A stretch of DNA of 64,000 nucleotides from a virus (IMGVR_UViG_3300025853_000035:1-64000), one strand, 5' to 3'. Shown: positions 18,164-28,219, counted from the first letter of the stretch. Numbers and translations are program-made. The notes: a model not told the origin generated them from the letters alone.

Positions 18164-18567
18164 TCAACACCGACGAGGCGCGCGGGACGGCAGTATGGCC
18201 GATGTCGATCGCCGACGAACTTGCAGACACGCTGACGCCCCGGCAGATCGAAAAGCTCTACGAGGCGCACAATCTGATCCACGACATGGCGGACGAGATC
18301 GAACTCCTCCGCAACTCCGGCGCTTTCCTGCTCGACGAGAAGCATAAGGAAGCGACCGAGGCGATGCTGTGGTTCGACCGTGCCCAGCAGTGGAAAGCCG
18401 ATTTCTCTCGTTTGAATGGGGAATATGATGTGGCGCTGAGGGCGCTTCGCCCCTTCGCGGACTGTTGCGAGTTCATCGACGCCACCGAAGATGACGAAGA
18501 ATGGGCGAAGTTCCGTCTTCTCATCAAACACTATCGAGCCGCAAAGCGCGCTGTAGGACCTGAATAA
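18160..18567 (+). CDS. hypothetical protein (135 aa)
   Basis: ORF only. Confidence 0.4.
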   Translation: MINTDEARGTAVWPMSIADELADTLTPRQIEKLYEAHNLIHDMADEIELLRNSGAFLLDEKHKEATEAMLWFDRAQQWKADFSRLNGEYDVALRALRPFADCCEFIDATEDDEEWAKFRLLIKHYRAAKRAVGPE

Positions 18568-18899
18568 TGGGCTTGAAGCAGAAGACGATGAAGACCGTCG
18601 AGGATGTTCTTCTCTGGATTCACACCAACGAGCACCACATCGTCGGCGGTGATTACAGGCCCGGAGCGCCTTTCGAGGAAGGTCCGACCCACCATTATTA
18701 CCAGAACCACTTCGAGAAGATGCGCGTCCCGGCCAAGCTGTTCGAGGAATTGAAGGGCTTGCTCCAGCCGAACAAGCGCGCCTTCGACACCCGCATGTTC
18801 GCGCTCACCAAGGAAGGCAAGCGTCGCCTCTATCGGTGGGCCTACAGCAACAACCCCATCATCCCGGCGAACCGGGAGAAAGCAGCAGCATGTTCCTGA
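18567..18899 (+). CDS. hypothetical protein (110 aa)
   Basis: ORF only. Confidence 0.4.
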   Translation: MGLKQKTMKTVEDVLLWIHTNEHHIVGGDYRPGAPFEEGPTHHYYQNHFEKMRVPAKLFEELKGLLQPNKRAFDTRMFALTKEGKRRLYRWAYSNNPIIPANREKAAACS

Positions 18900-19198
18900 C
18901 ACCGATCGACGACATCCTTGGGGTGCTGGAAGCCAACGCGGTCGCCTATCGCAAGGCGCAGGAGACCGGTAAGCGTGCCGACATCAAGGCATGGAAAGAC
19001 GCGGCAGGCGTCGCCGAAGTCACATGCGTCGGGCACATGCGGGCAGCGCTTACCGAGATCGCTGCGCTGCGACAGGCGCTCGACGACATGACGGACCTCT
19101 ACACCGCCCTGATCAATTCCGGTGACTGCGGTCATTGGGACCCGGAGACGGACTGGCAGGTCATTGCCGCCCGCGCCGCCCGGAGTGACGACGCATGA
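18890..19198 (+). CDS. hypothetical protein (starts MFLTPIDDIL)
   Basis: Internal ATG of ORF 18836..19198. Confidence 0.4.
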   Translation: MFLTPIDDILGVLEANAVAYRKAQETGKRADIKAWKDAAGVAEVTCVGHMRAALTEIAALRQALDDMTDLYTALINSGDCGHWDPETDWQVIAARAARSDDA

Positions 19199-19434
19199 GC
19201 GAACCGACACCGTGGCGCTGGTATGCCGGCCTCTACCCTGACGACGTGTTCGATCTGTCCGGCCCGTGCCTTACCCGCGAGGGCGCGATCAACGAGGCGC
19301 ATGGGACGTGCTGGGAGGATGGCGACACCTTCTATGTGATCGAGGCGCGAAGCGACGGCGACCCGGCCGACGAGGATGGCCTCTACTGGTTCGTGGAGAC
19401 GCGGAACCTCGAATGCGTGGAGTTCAAGGAATGA
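19195..19434 (+). CDS. hypothetical protein (79 aa)
   Basis: ORF only. Confidence 0.4.
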   Translation: MSEPTPWRWYAGLYPDDVFDLSGPCLTREGAINEAHGTCWEDGDTFYVIEARSDGDPADEDGLYWFVETRNLECVEFKE

Positions 19435-19631
19435 TGGTGTTCCTCGCTTGGTGCGGCATCGCATACATAACATGGTGCGTCGTAGGCTTTACCGTGGCCG
19501 GACTGCGGGACCGCTATGCACTCTACAGCCGCTTCGAGAAGGTTCTGGTCGCGGGACTCATCCCCTTGGTCGGCCTCTTCTATGTGGTGGCAACAGGCTG
19601 GCGCTGGTTTTTCTGGAGGCCCATCGAATGA
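19431..19631 (+). CDS. small membrane protein (starts MMVFLAWCGI)
   Basis: Internal ATG of ORF 19266..19631. Two TM helices. Confidence 0.4.
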   Translation: MMVFLAWCGIAYITWCVVGFTVAGLRDRYALYSRFEKVLVAGLIPLVGLFYVVATGWRWFFWRPIE

Positions 19632-20023
19632 GCTTGATCTACGTCGCCGCGCCTTACAGCCATGCCGATCCGGCCGTCGTCGCATCACGCGTCAACGCCT
19701 TCACGCACACCATGCGGGAACTCATCGCCTTGGGACATCACCCGGTGTCCCCGCTGATGAACCATCTCCTCGCCGAGACGGGCAACGAGTTCCCGCTGAC
19801 GTGGGACTATTGGGCCGACTTCTCCAAGAAGCTGCTCACCCGATGCGATCGCTTGTGCGTCCTCATTCTGCCCGGCTGGGAAGAATCGACCGGCGTTCAG
19901 GCCGAGATCACGATCGCCAAAGATCACGGCATCCCGGTAGGCTTCTGGATACCGCCGGAGAAGCTGATCACCGAAGACCTCTACGACGAACTGGCGGCCC
20001 GCATGAACTGGAGGACCAGATGA
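19628..20023 (+). CDS. DUF1937 / nucleoside 2-deoxyribosyltransferase-like protein
   Basis: MSLIYVAAPYS...CVLILPGWEESTGVQAEITIAKDHGIPV matches the DUF1937 pattern (IYxAxPYS ... GWExSxGxxxE). Confidence 0.5.
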   Translation: MSLIYVAAPYSHADPAVVASRVNAFTHTMRELIALGHHPVSPLMNHLLAETGNEFPLTWDYWADFSKKLLTRCDRLCVLILPGWEESTGVQAEITIAKDHGIPVGFWIPPEKLITEDLYDELAARMNWRTR

Positions 20024-20295
20024 AGCGCGCGGAACTGGAAGAGCGAATCACCGAAATGGTGGAGGACACGCTGTATGAGAACGGCGTGGACATCGGCGAG
20101 TTTCGCCACACCAGAGATGCCACCGTGGCGATCATCGAAATGGTGCTCGAATATGCGGCACAGATCGCGATGAGCGATAAGCTGATCCTCAGCGAACATC
20201 GCAGTCGCGGGAGCTTTGGCGGCGCTCGCAAGAACCACGGCGAACTGATCGCACTGATGCTGCGCCAGCCGGAAGAATTTGAAAAATTGCCTTGA
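20020..20295 (+). CDS. hypothetical protein (starts MKRAELEERI)
   Basis: Internal ATG of ORF 19516..20295. Confidence 0.4.
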   Translation: MKRAELEERITEMVEDTLYENGVDIGEFRHTRDATVAIIEMVLEYAAQIAMSDKLILSEHRSRGSFGGARKNHGELIALMLRQPEEFEKLP

Positions 20296-20352
20296 CGGCA
20301 CCGACAGTCTCACTTAACAGGCAGTCATCCCAAACAAAACAGGAGGTAACTT

Positions 20353-21144
20353 TTGAAGAAAATCGCTCTCGCATTTGCCATGGTTCTGGGCCTGAGCGCC
20401 TGCGGCGTCGCTTCGCCCGATCCGGGTCAGGAAGCCGTCCTCGTGCAGAAGCCCATGTTCTTCGGCCACGGCGGCGTCGTTGATACCCCGGTGAAGACCG
20501 GCAAGGCATACACGGCGTTCACGACCGACGCGATCTATGTCGATATGTTCCCCAAGGAATATAAGGTCTCGTTCGACGACCTCATGACCAAGGACGGCGT
20601 GCCGATGCACTTCGACGCGACGCTGGTCCTGACCATCACGGACTCGGTCAAGCTGGTCGAGAAGTTCGGCCCCAAGTGGTTCGAGAACAACATCCAGAGC
20701 GTCTACGGAAGCCTGATCCGTCAGGAAGTCCGCAAGCACCCGATGACCGAGGTCGCGATCGACACCACGGCGATCGACAACATCGACCGGGTGATCAACG
20801 CCGAACTCAAGAAATATATCGCCGAGAAGGGCCTGCCGCTGGCCGTCGGCCGCAGCACCGTCGGCAAGGCCAATCCGCCCCCGTCGGTCAAGGACCAGCG
20901 CGTGAAGACGGCGCAGGAGCAGCAGCGCGCCGAGACCGAGGCCGCCGGCCAGAAGGCCGAAGTGACCCGCAAGGCCCGCGAGTTGGCCCGCGCCGAGGCG
21001 GACAACGCCTACCGCACCCAGATGAACCTCAGCCCGGACCAGTTCGTCGAACTGGAGCGGGTCAAGGCCATCAAGGAAAGCTGCGCCGACGGTGGCAAAT
21101 GCACCCTGATCGTCGGCGGACAGGCGCTCTACACCGCCAAGTAA
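20353..21144 (+). CDS. SPFH/band-7-like lipoprotein
   Basis: Lipoprotein signal MKKIALAFAMVLGLSAC, an SPFH-like core, and an Ala/Glu/Gln-rich coiled tail. Confidence 0.55.
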   Translation: MKKIALAFAMVLGLSACGVASPDPGQEAVLVQKPMFFGHGGVVDTPVKTGKAYTAFTTDAIYVDMFPKEYKVSFDDLMTKDGVPMHFDATLVLTITDSVKLVEKFGPKWFENNIQSVYGSLIRQEVRKHPMTEVAIDTTAIDNIDRVINAELKKYIAEKGLPLAVGRSTVGKANPPPSVKDQRVKTAQEQQRAETEAAGQKAEVTRKARELARAEADNAYRTQMNLSPDQFVELERVKAIKESCADGGKCTLIVGGQALYTAK

Positions 21145-21196
21145 GGGCCGAAGCGGCGAGGTGCCCGACGCCTCGCCGCTTCCTCGGGAGCACATC

Positions 21197-21658
21197 ATGA
21201 CCGACATATATTGCAAGGGTTCGATCGCCCTCGGCACCGGGTGCATGAAGTGCTCTCGCTGCAAGGAAGAGATCGCGGCCGGCGTCACGCCCATCGCTGA
21301 GAAGCCCCGGAAGATGAAACCCATCCCGATCTCGGCGGCCGAACGGATCGCCAAGGACTATGGCTACGATCAGGTCGTCATCATGGCGCGTCGGATCGCC
21401 AATCCCGACGACGAAATCAACGGCGAACACATCACGACCTACGGAGGCAACAAGACGCATTGCGCCGTCGCCGCGATGATGGGGGATACCCTCAAGGACA
21501 TCGCCGGCTGGCCTGAGCGCGCGGACTTCGACCTCGTCCGGGAAATGTATCACGAACTGCTCGACGGGCAGATCATCCATTCCGATTACGACCGCGCCTG
21601 CGAAATGCTCGGCGCTCTCCGCCGCATCCTCTATCCGCGCGAACGGGACAAGAAATGA
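21197..21658 (+). CDS. hypothetical protein with an N-terminal Cys cluster (starts MTDIYCKGSI)
   Basis: Internal ATG of ORF 21161..21658. C..C..C pattern near the N-terminus. Confidence 0.4.
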   Translation: MTDIYCKGSIALGTGCMKCSRCKEEIAAGVTPIAEKPRKMKPIPISAAERIAKDYGYDQVVIMARRIANPDDEINGEHITTYGGNKTHCAVAAMMGDTLKDIAGWPERADFDLVREMYHELLDGQIIHSDYDRACEMLGALRRILYPRERDKK

Positions 21659-22116
21659 CCCTCCCATATTACGACATATTTGGCGTCGGCGCGGCTGTCC
21701 GCTCCTTCATGCGGACCCTCGAAAACACCAACCGCAAAACCGGCCGGACCACCCGGACCGTGGAGCAGGTCCAGCCGGGCGATGTCGTCGTCTGCGGTGG
21801 TAACAAGACGCGGATGATCTACGCCTATGAACTCAAGAGGCGTGGTCTGGAAGTCGTTGGTTCGCCCAATCATCACTCCTACCGGAACGTCCTTCTGATC
21901 GTCGATCGCCCGGACCCCGACCGCGATCTGCTCCGCGCCTACCCGCAGACAGACGGCACCATCCACTTCACCCACGACTATGTGGAGCGGGTCTATGGCG
22001 ACGCCGTCGAGACCGCATCCAAGCGCCTCGCCAACATCCGGGATCGCTGGGGCAAGGAACCGGACCGGACCCGTGAACCCGCCATCAACCACATCGACCG
22101 TGAAGGATTCAACTGA
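21655..22116 (+). CDS. hypothetical protein (153 aa)
   Basis: ORF only. Confidence 0.4.
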   Translation: MTLPYYDIFGVGAAVRSFMRTLENTNRKTGRTTRTVEQVQPGDVVVCGGNKTRMIYAYELKRRGLEVVGSPNHHSYRNVLLIVDRPDPDRDLLRAYPQTDGTIHFTHDYVERVYGDAVETASKRLANIRDRWGKEPDRTREPAINHIDREGFN

Positions 22117-22745
22117 TGCGCCAGCCGACCATCTATCTCGACTGCGACGGCGTGCTCGCGGATTTCGATCGCGGCTTCGAGGAGCATTGGGGAATGCTCA
22201 GCGCCGACTATGAGAAGCGCTATGGCTCCACCCGTTTCTGGGAAGAGATCGAAGGCCATCCCGACTTCTTCGGCACCCTTCCGCTGATGCGGGACGCGCT
22301 GACGCTGTATGAAGGCGTCAAGCACCTGCGGCCGATCATCCTGACCGGTATGCCCAAGGGCGGCTGGGCGGACATCCAGAAGCGCCGATGGGCCGCCGCC
22401 CATTTCCCCAACGTCAAGGTCATCACCTGCCTGTCGGCCAAGAAGGCGCAATATTGCCAGCCGGGCGACATCCTGATCGACGACACGCCCAAGCACCGCT
22501 CGAAGTGGATCGCGGCCGGCGGCGTCTGGATCGACCACGCGGATGCGGCCACCTCGCTCGAAGCTTTGTGGGCACACCGTCCTGACCTCCGTCCGGGGAC
22601 AGCGGACATCACCTTGGCCAAGGCCGCGCTGATCGACCGGATCATCGACGCCTACCACACCACCCGCGTCTCCGGCACGTCGGCTTCCGCGCACATCCTG
22701 TCGAAGCCTTATGTGAAGCAGGCTTTCGCGGCCCTCGGTCTCTGA
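22116..22745 (+). CDS. 5'(3')-deoxyribonucleotidase (HAD, NT5C family)
   Basis: N-terminal IYLDCDGVLADF DxDxV HAD motif typical of NT5C-family deoxynucleotidases. Confidence 0.65.
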   Translation: MRQPTIYLDCDGVLADFDRGFEEHWGMLSADYEKRYGSTRFWEEIEGHPDFFGTLPLMRDALTLYEGVKHLRPIILTGMPKGGWADIQKRRWAAAHFPNVKVITCLSAKKAQYCQPGDILIDDTPKHRSKWIAAGGVWIDHADAATSLEALWAHRPDLRPGTADITLAKAALIDRIIDAYHTTRVSGTSASAHILSKPYVKQAFAALGL

Positions 22746-22901
22746 TGCTCAAGGGGTTGGCTTTGCTCGCCACTGCTTTCCTGTTGGCCATCTATGTCGG
22801 CGAGTCCATCGGCGTGGCTCTCATCGCCGTCTGTATCACCCTGATCCTGCTCCCGCCCTCGTGGGACCCGGCCATCATCATCAAAGAAAGACAACTGAAC
22901 A

Positions 22902-23198
22902 ATGCGTCCCGATGAAGCCCTGAACCTGATCTTCTTCGATCAGGACAACTACGAAGAAACCTCGATCGCCGACTATTTCAAGCTGCAACTGGCGACGCTG
23001 TGGGAGGAAGGCGAAAGCTTCTCCGGCAAGCGCCCGTTCGGCAACAGCGGCTGGGAAATGTGCCTCGACTTCGTGCTGGTGAAGAACGGCTGCATCAAAG
23101 GCACGATCGACGAGGAAGACCCGGACTATCCCGAAGTCTACGACGTGGACAGCAAGGAGCGCGACGCCTTCATCCAGCAGATGATAGAAGCGCTCTGA
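22902..23198 (+). CDS. hypothetical protein (98 aa)
   Basis: ORF only. Confidence 0.4.
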   Translation: MRPDEALNLIFFDQDNYEETSIADYFKLQLATLWEEGESFSGKRPFGNSGWEMCLDFVLVKNGCIKGTIDEEDPDYPEVYDVDSKERDAFIQQMIEAL

Positions 23199-23440
23199 TG
23201 GGATGCCCGACCGGCAAGGTAATGCACCGGGGAAAGCGGAGCGCTCATAAGGCGCTCCTCAACGTCCAGAGCAGGACCGGCCGGTTGGTGCCTTACTTCT
23301 GTCCCAAGTGCCGGCATTGGCATCTGGGGAACACGCCGCAGACCCGGTTGGAGCGGATGAACAATCTGTTCGACCGGGTCGCCCAGCTTGACGCTGCCCG
23401 GATGGTGGATGAATCGGTGAACGGTGTGAATCACCGTTGA
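23198..23440 (+). CDS. zinc-ribbon protein (starts MGCPTGKVMH)
   Basis: CPTG..CPKCRHWH; ATG overlaps the upstream stop. Confidence 0.4.
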   Translation: MGCPTGKVMHRGKRSAHKALLNVQSRTGRLVPYFCPKCRHWHLGNTPQTRLERMNNLFDRVAQLDAARMVDESVNGVNHR

Positions 23441-23497
23441 CGTGGAGGAAGTATTGTCCTATTCCGATTCGCGAAGCAACGAACTTGGAGACAGACA

Positions 23498-24157
23498 ATG
23501 GTATACCTCACCGAAGCAGTCCACGACGCGCCCCACAGCACCGAAGTCGAGATCGTAGAGGTCTCGCAATCGACCTACGGTGAGGTCTATCTGATCAGCC
23601 GCAAGGATGGGAAGCTCTTCACCAAGGAAGATGGGTCCATTATCATGCTGGCCTCCGTCGCGCCATTCCGGGTATCTGACACCCTTCCGCGCGCGATCAG
23701 CGTGATCACCACCGCGCAGAAGGTGATCCAAGCCCGGCAGGGTGAACTCAAGGCGGAAGCCGACCGCCGCATCGCCGCCCTGAAAGCGGAGATCGCTGCT
23801 GAGCAGAAGGCCGAACTGAACCTACTGAGCGATCAGGCGCAGGCCCTTTATCGCGAGGAGAAATGGGCGGAACAGCGCGCGATCGTGGGCCACCCGCACG
23901 AAGGTAAGAAGGTCTACAAGACGATCCGTGCCGGCCGTATGGGTAAGCGCGAGGAGGTCGTCTTCGGCCTAATCGAAACGCGCCGCGCCGACACCAACTT
24001 GCCGGCAAATCGGGGCAACTGGAGCCTACCGAACATGGGCACCTCGTTCGTCCGCCTGCTCAAGAAAGATGGCAAACCGGGTCTCAATGTCGAGACTGCC
24101 TTTGCCGGTGATCCCCTACACGAAAATACCGGCTGGAAGCTGGTGGAGGAAGCTTGA
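23498..24157 (+). CDS. hypothetical protein (219 aa)
   Basis: ORF with an upstream promoter-family copy at 23440-23497 and SD GGAGACAGACAATGG. Confidence 0.5.
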   Translation: MVYLTEAVHDAPHSTEVEIVEVSQSTYGEVYLISRKDGKLFTKEDGSIIMLASVAPFRVSDTLPRAISVITTAQKVIQARQGELKAEADRRIAALKAEIAAEQKAELNLLSDQAQALYREEKWAEQRAIVGHPHEGKKVYKTIRAGRMGKREEVVFGLIETRRADTNLPANRGNWSLPNMGTSFVRLLKKDGKPGLNVETAFAGDPLHENTGWKLVEEA

Positions 24158-24855
24158 TGGCACGCGAAATCGAAGACCCCATCACCATCGAACAGGACGG
24201 CCCGCTCGGTGGGACGAAGACCCGGCACCCGTCGTTCGCGCAGATCGTCGCATCACGCGTCAGCGGTCAGACCGTCCTCTACGGCTCGGACTTCGTCCAC
24301 CAGAATTACATCACGATCACCGTGACGGCGAGCGAGCTTAACCGCACCCTGTCGAACGACTGGCACTTCGGCCGCAAGCAGATCATCGAACTGGCGATGA
24401 GTGAAGCGCAATGGTCCTCGTTCGTCTCGTCGATGAACATCGGTAGCGGCGTGCCCTGCACGCTGACATGGCAGGAAGGGAAGGGGGTGATCCCCGGCCT
24501 GCCCATGCCCGAGGCGCGTGCCGACCAGTTCGGCAAAGAGTTTCAGGAAGACTTCGACGAAGCCATTCAGGCGCTCAAGGAAGCACTGGAAGAGGTGGGC
24601 ACGCTGGGCCTGTCGAAAGCCAAGGCTGATCGGATGAAGGCCCGGATCATCACGGCCCATCGCAAGATCAGCGACGCCGCGCCGTTCGTCGCCAACCAGT
24701 TCGGTGAGCATATGGAGAAGGAACTGGAACGGGCCAAGGTGGAAATCCATGGCTATGCAACCAGCCTCTTCCAGCGCGCCGGGATCGCTGCTTTGACCGA
24801 CGGAACCGGACATTCCCCTCCTCCAATCGCTTTACCTGACAAAGGCGACGCGTGA
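24154..24855 (+). CDS. hypothetical protein (233 aa)
   Basis: ORF only. Confidence 0.45.
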   Translation: MMAREIEDPITIEQDGPLGGTKTRHPSFAQIVASRVSGQTVLYGSDFVHQNYITITVTASELNRTLSNDWHFGRKQIIELAMSEAQWSSFVSSMNIGSGVPCTLTWQEGKGVIPGLPMPEARADQFGKEFQEDFDEAIQALKEALEEVGTLGLSKAKADRMKARIITAHRKISDAAPFVANQFGEHMEKELERAKVEIHGYATSLFQRAGIAALTDGTGHSPPPIALPDKGDA

Positions 24856-25295
24856 TCTCCTACCGCAAGAGAGGGATAGATGGTCTTGAACTTCTCGCAT
24901 GGATTGAAAGCCACTGTGAGAAGGATGATGATGGGTGCTGGATATGGCCGGGTTCCGCCTCTGACCGAGGATATGGGACTATAAAATACAAGGGCAAGAC
25001 GTGGCGCGTCCATCGTCTGACAGCCTTCCTTGCCGGGAAGGGAACACCTCCAGAGTGGGATCACAATTGTGAGAAAACTCTGTGCTGTCGTCCAGCCTGT
25101 TTAGAAGATGTGACACACCAAGAGAATGTCACCAGAGGCAATCTCGATAAAGTCTCAGCGATCCGGTATTCGACCGTAACTCACTGCCCCGCTGGTCATG
25201 AGTATGCAGGAAGCAACCTGCATATCGACCGCAAAGGCCATAGACGCTGCAAGACTTGCGCGCGGGATTTACAAAGAGCGCGTAGAGCCGCTTAG
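24852..25295 (+). CDS. HNH homing endonuclease
   Basis: WRVHRLTAFLAGKG..EWDHNCEKTLCCRPACLEDVTHQEN is an HNH motif. Local GC is markedly below the flanks. Confidence 0.7.
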   Translation: MISYRKRGIDGLELLAWIESHCEKDDDGCWIWPGSASDRGYGTIKYKGKTWRVHRLTAFLAGKGTPPEWDHNCEKTLCCRPACLEDVTHQENVTRGNLDKVSAIRYSTVTHCPAGHEYAGSNLHIDRKGHRRCKTCARDLQRARRAA

Positions 25296-25307
25296 TAAGG
25301 ACGACGA

Positions 25308-25595
25308 ATGATCGACTTTAGCATCACATCCTTCGCCATCGGCGCGGGCCTGATCGCGCTTGTCTGGTCCTTTTGGCCAGAGGCAGCACAGGTCAAATAT
25401 TTCCGGGGCGTGGATTCCGCCAAGGAACTGTTGCAGCATAATTGGGACAACCGGACGGCGATCGAGCATTTCTACGAGGAGAGCTTCATGTTCTCCTCCG
25501 GCGATGCCTATGACAAAGGCTATCGCGACACGCTGCTGAACCGCATCCGCGACATGGAGCGCACCGAGGAAACTACCTGCAAATGTAGGGCGTAA
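25308..25595 (+). CDS. hypothetical protein (95 aa, N-terminal TM helix)
   Basis: ORF only. Confidence 0.4.
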   Translation: MIDFSITSFAIGAGLIALVWSFWPEAAQVKYFRGVDSAKELLQHNWDNRTAIEHFYEESFMFSSGDAYDKGYRDTLLNRIRDMERTEETTCKCRA

Positions 25596-25596
25596 G

Positions 25597-25669
25597 TGGA
25601 TAAAGTGCTTGACCGAATCGGTCATCCGGCTTAATCCGATTCGTGTAACAACGGCTGAGGAGACAGGCG
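25597..25669 (+). promoter_or_regulatory. conserved phage promoter plus leader (family copy)
   Basis: GTGCTTGACCGAATCGGTCATCCGGCTTAATCCGATTCGTGTAACAACGGCTGAGGAGACAGGCGATG. Confidence 0.65.
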
Positions 25670-25852
25670 ATGACCATGATTGAACTGAACCCGGAATCGA
25701 AAGCGCCACACGCCTATGGCGTCGGCGTCTGGGACGGCAAGGACCCCAAGACGATCACGGATGTGCTGGTCCGAGCGACGAACCGCGATCAGGCTGCTCG
25801 CATCGCCGAGCGCGCCGGCTACGTCGCCCGCGACGTGAACATGGTCGGCTGA
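25670..25852 (+). CDS. hypothetical protein (60 aa)
   Basis: ORF after a promoter/SD copy. Confidence 0.4.
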   Translation: MTMIELNPESKAPHAYGVGVWDGKDPKTITDVLVRATNRDQAARIAERAGYVARDVNMVG

Positions 25853-25853
25853 T

Positions 25854-26045
25854 ATGGCGCGCTACATCACCGTCTTCCGCGACCCGCAGAACGCCCTCGA
25901 TTGGGATTTCCACATCTCCGAGTTCGAGGACGATCTCAAGCACGTCCACCACAACCTCATAGAGCGGGGCGTCACGACCGGCGCTTCCTATGCGCTGGGC
26001 GATAAGGTGGCCGACCTCGCCGCTCTCGCGAAGAAGGGGACCTGA
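25854..26045 (+). CDS. hypothetical protein (63 aa)
   Basis: ORF only. Confidence 0.35.
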   Translation: MARYITVFRDPQNALDWDFHISEFEDDLKHVHHNLIERGVTTGASYALGDKVADLAALAKKGT

Positions 26046-26046
26046 C

Positions 26047-26289
26047 ATGGCGCTCTATCAGTTCGACATCTACAGCGAGAAGCTGGAACTCATCGCCTCC
26101 GAAGTCATGGGTTTCGAGGAGAAGGTCCATGCCCGCGCCAAGGCCGGCCGCTTCGCCAAGAAGCATAACGGCCCGGTCGATGTGGCGACCTACGATCCGG
26201 CCAAGGATTTCGATGAGCGTTACATCACGACCGCCTACCCCAGCGTCCACACGCGGAGCGGCTACTATTTCGAGAGGATCGAGAATTGA
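26047..26289 (+). CDS. hypothetical protein (starts MALYQFDIYS)
   Basis: Internal ATG of ORF 25990..26289. Confidence 0.4.
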   Translation: MALYQFDIYSEKLELIASEVMGFEEKVHARAKAGRFAKKHNGPVDVATYDPAKDFDERYITTAYPSVHTRSGYYFERIEN

Positions 26290-26522
26290 TCGTTCAGTCC
26301 CCCACGCCCTCCTATCCCGGTATGGTTCTCCCGTCCGTCGGTCTGCTCCACCGGCTTGGGGCGCAGTTGAAAGCGCTGCGGGAATCCCGTGCCAGCCTGC
26401 CGTGGTGGCAGCGCAAGAACAAGCACATCCTCACCGGGGCGATCGCCGCCTACGAGGTCGAGATCGAAGACCTCAAGGCGCTGATGGCGAAGACCGTGGC
26501 TGACACCGACATTATGGCTTGA
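26286..26522 (+). CDS. hypothetical protein (78 aa)
   Basis: ORF only. Confidence 0.35.
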   Translation: MIVQSPTPSYPGMVLPSVGLLHRLGAQLKALRESRASLPWWQRKNKHILTGAIAAYEVEIEDLKALMAKTVADTDIMA

Positions 26523-26581
26523 CATCGAGTCAGGTCCAAGCCTACTAACAGGCAATCAAGAATCACTCGGAGACAGCCTTA

Positions 26582-26821
26582 ATGCCTTTTGATCTCGAAG
26601 ACGACGAGCAGAACACGCCGCGCGCCCGCTACAACACCTTGGAGGCCGGTCTGCCGGTCCCGGCGGTGGCGCAGTCGAACCGTGCGCTGTCCGAAGCGCT
26701 CTACACTTACAGCGAGACGCACGAGTTTCGGATCGACCCCGAACTGGCGCTGACCATGTGGCAGATCGTCGAATGGGCACGCGCGGCGACGCCGGCCCAG
26801 ATCGAGGAGATCAGGCTTTGA
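26582..26821 (+). CDS. hypothetical protein (79 aa)
   Basis: ORF after the promoter TTGACATCGAGTCAGGTCC... and the SD GGAGACAGCC. Confidence 0.4.
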   Translation: MPFDLEDDEQNTPRARYNTLEAGLPVPAVAQSNRALSEALYTYSETHEFRIDPELALTMWQIVEWARAATPAQIEEIRL

Positions 26822-27192
26822 CCTACACCACGGCGATCATGGGTATCCCGCGCGCTGCGTGGGACATCATGGCCATGGCTTTGGAAGAGGCTGGCTACGA
26901 TCGCGAGATCATCACCATGGCCGGCGGCCTGAACATGGTCGCGCTCGACATGACGCATATCTCGGTGGTCGCCACCGATGACTCCGACATGGTCGCCAAC
27001 TCCGGCCGCCTGAGCGACTTCGCCGTCCAGTCGAACGAAGAGGCATTCCGCGCCGGGTTCGAGGCCGCCCGCATCGGCGACTTCTACGAGAGCTATCACG
27101 CCGCTTGGAGTGAATACACGCCCAGCGACGACATCATGGCGTTGCAGGACGCCATCGCCGGCCGAGACATCGGTCATTCCGAAATCGACTGA
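26818..27192 (+). CDS. hypothetical protein (TTG or ATG start; MGIPRAAWDI)
   Basis: In-frame TTG overlapping the upstream stop; alternative ATG at 26839. Confidence 0.4.
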   Translation: MTYTTAIMGIPRAAWDIMAMALEEAGYDREIITMAGGLNMVALDMTHISVVATDDSDMVANSGRLSDFAVQSNEEAFRAGFEAARIGDFYESYHAAWSEYTPSDDIMALQDAIAGRDIGHSEID

Positions 27193-27206
27193 CACAAGGA
27201 ACCACC

Positions 27207-27482
27207 ATGAAATCGACGCCCACTTATCGCCTGACTGCCATCACCGCTGAGGGCACCAGCCTGTCCTCCGGGCGGGGCACCGGCCTTGAAGCCGCCATCA
27301 ACTATCTGAACCGCTTCGCGCTTGGCGATCCGACCGTCGTCGGGAACAAGACGCCGTTCGCGGCGGTCCTGCTGGAGGTCGATCCGGTCACCAGCGTTGC
27401 CACCCCGATCCACTCGTGGTCGGCAGGCGGCGACTTCACGCCGACCGTCGCCGAGGAAGCGCCCGTCAATGAAGCTGACTGA
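27207..27482 (+). CDS. hypothetical protein (91 aa)
   Basis: ORF only. Confidence 0.4.
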   Translation: MKSTPTYRLTAITAEGTSLSSGRGTGLEAAINYLNRFALGDPTVVGNKTPFAAVLLEVDPVTSVATPIHSWSAGGDFTPTVAEEAPVNEAD

Positions 27483-27789
27483 CGACAATTTCGAGCAGGT
27501 GCTGCCGGCGACGACCCGGCCGTTCCTGCTCAACTTCCGCTCGTCTTTCTGCGGCCCGTCCAATGTCGTCGCCGGCCTTCTCGATCACCTGTTCGACGAG
27601 GGCTGGCTGGCTGATGAGGACATCATCGACATTGATGTCGAAGCTTTCCCCAAGCTCACCCGCGCGATGCAGATCAAGGGGACGCCCACGCTGCTCCTCA
27701 TGAAGGACGGCCAGCCGCTCGGCTCGCGCATCGGCACCATGCCCTATGAGGACTTGGTCGCCTTCATCTCAACCGCCCACGACAAATAG
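27469..27789 (+). CDS. thioredoxin-like protein (monothiol CGPS motif)
   Basis: FLLNFRSSFCGPSNVVAGLL...KGTPTLLLMKDG resembles a thioredoxin fold (FxxxWCGPC, cis-Pro TPT). Confidence 0.5.
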   Translation: MKLTDDNFEQVLPATTRPFLLNFRSSFCGPSNVVAGLLDHLFDEGWLADEDIIDIDVEAFPKLTRAMQIKGTPTLLLMKDGQPLGSRIGTMPYEDLVAFISTAHDK

Positions 27790-27798
27790 GAGATCGAA

Positions 27799-28194
27799 TT
27801 GAACGCCATCACTCTGGAATCGGAGACCGGCGATAGCCTGTCCCCCATCATCGGAAAGATCGTCACCGATCTGTTCTCGATCGTCGTGATCTTCATCGTC
27901 GGGCTGGGCGTCGCCGCCTACGGGGCCTTCGTCCTGACCACGATCTGGGACTGGTTTCTCGTGCCGGCCGGCTATGCTACCCTGTCGTTCAAGACGGCGA
28001 TCGGCGCGGCGCTCATCGTGAGCCTGCTGACCGCGAAGGACGCCAAGGTCGCCGGGGCGATGCGGGAGATGCCTGAGAACAAGCCGGACCCCGCGATTTT
28101 CAGCGACGCGGCCAAGCGGTTCACCATCGTCTGCGTGTTCATGACCATGGTCCTCGCGTCCGCCTTCGCGTGGACCCTGATCCTGCCGAACTGA
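27799..28194 (+). CDS. membrane protein (131 aa, multiple TM helices)
   Basis: Hydrophobic segments. Confidence 0.45.
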   Translation: MNAITLESETGDSLSPIIGKIVTDLFSIVVIFIVGLGVAAYGAFVLTTIWDWFLVPAGYATLSFKTAIGAALIVSLLTAKDAKVAGAMREMPENKPDPAIFSDAAKRFTIVCVFMTMVLASAFAWTLILPN

Positions 28195-28219
28195 CCGCAT
28201 CACTCGCCGCGTCAACGAG